The position numbers were made by a program, and so were the translations under genes. Positions 63,153 to 64,000 of a DNA stretch of 64,000 nucleotides are shown one piece after another. The notes beneath the pieces are model-generated. The model was not told the DNA's origin. It saw only the letters and a list, made by a program, of their open reading frames with translations, and did no database searches. The stretch covers positions 27,466,001-27,530,000 of the forward strand of contig NC_043001.1 of the NCBI RefSeq assembly GCF_006345805.1, read 5' to 3'. Positions within the stretch are counted from its first letter, which is position 1, and each line of letters begins with the position of its first letter. Source of the stretch: Octopus sinensis. Taxonomy: Eukaryota.

Positions 63153-63594
63153 TTAAGTTACAAAGTCCAACTCAAGTAATGATTATAGTTTTTTTAAGCT
63201 AGATAGGTTTGACTGACATATTTTATATTATTCTGATCATATAATGAATGATTGAACCATAGCTAATAAATAGGTCAATTTCAACTGATTCTACTTTTCT
63301 ACTCTGAATGTTAAAAGTTAAGTACAGAAGTATAATGTATGCAGAAACTACATTATATTTTCCTGGCTGAGATTGGAAACCAAATCTCAGATTTCTCGCT
63401 TGCCAGATCCACCTGCTATTTGCTGACCATGTGAGAAAATTTCTTTGTCCTGCTAAAGTGATCAATGAGTTTCCACTCAACCTCTGACCTGGCTGTGTCA
63501 CAGAAAGTTCAAATGGACAGCAAGTGGCCTAAATGAATATAAGCTTCTCTTATAATGGTATATCCATCCTTCTAGCTAGAATGAGCGATTATAA

Positions 63595-64000
63595 ATATCG
63601 TAAAGCCTCGAGTATAATCTGCATTTTTTCCCCAAAATCTAAAGGTCAAAATCCCTAGTGCGTACTATATACGAGGTTAAAAATGAAAATTATTTTCTAA
63701 GCAACGTCCGAGTCTCTATTTGCTGTCTGGCCATGTTTATTCAGAGGCATTTTGTGATGTCAGGCGTGAAAATACCTTAAGCTAAGCCTGAAAGCAATAA
63801 AGTCATAAAAGAATCATCCATAACTTGCTGTAAGCAACATTTATTAAACGTTATTACAGTTATTTCTTTATTTTCTGCAAACAAAATGCACAAAAAAAGC
63901 TACACGTTTGCATTATGTTATATATACAATAATAATAAAGGACGTTACCATATACATTTTTACAAACCAAGGAAGTTATATAGACCTCCTTGGCTCAAGT
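63595..64000 (+). mobile_element. Possible pogo/Tigger-like DNA transposon end running off the window
   Basis: TATCGTAAAGCCTCGAGTATAATCTGCA followed by the inverted subterminal TGCGTACTATATACGAGG. Confidence 0.35.

Noticed and set aside
53566-64000. Search for the upstream NAA60 exons (LCxDWFPIEYP, KFYSLAA, IVAEIK motifs)
   Set aside because: None found on the minus strand by eye; they are inferred to lie beyond the window end.

Overview
AT-rich, repeat-dense animal genomic DNA with abundant (TA)n/(CA)n microsatellites, tRNA-derived SINEs, and RTE, CR1 and REL-endonuclease LINEs. This repeat landscape suggests an octopus-like cephalopod; that is an inference, not a database result. One host gene is well supported: the last three coding exons of N-alpha-acetyltransferase 60 (NAA60) on the minus strand (53469-53565, 49778-50012, 38915-39059). 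Its upstream exons were not found and probably lie beyond 64000. The last intron (39060-49777, 10.7 kb) has the full U12 minor-spliceosome signature: a GTATCCTTTT donor and a TTCCTTAAT branch point about 14 nt from the AG. A TAG stop is built across that donor, so intron retention would remove the membrane-anchoring tail. The most unusual signal is a set of small fold-back elements, mostly inside (TA)n microsatellites, that carry type I hammerhead ribozyme folds. There are two unrelated sequence families (1149-2106 with a sister copy at 44773-45037, and 32559-32818) plus two degenerate candidates. They share the layout inverted copy + ribozyme unit + unique tail, which resembles Penelope-like pseudo-LTRs. 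The remainder is transposon debris (piggyBac, mariner, hAT, Helitron, MITEs, LINEs, SINEs) and simple repeats. Coordinates of degenerate repeats are approximate.
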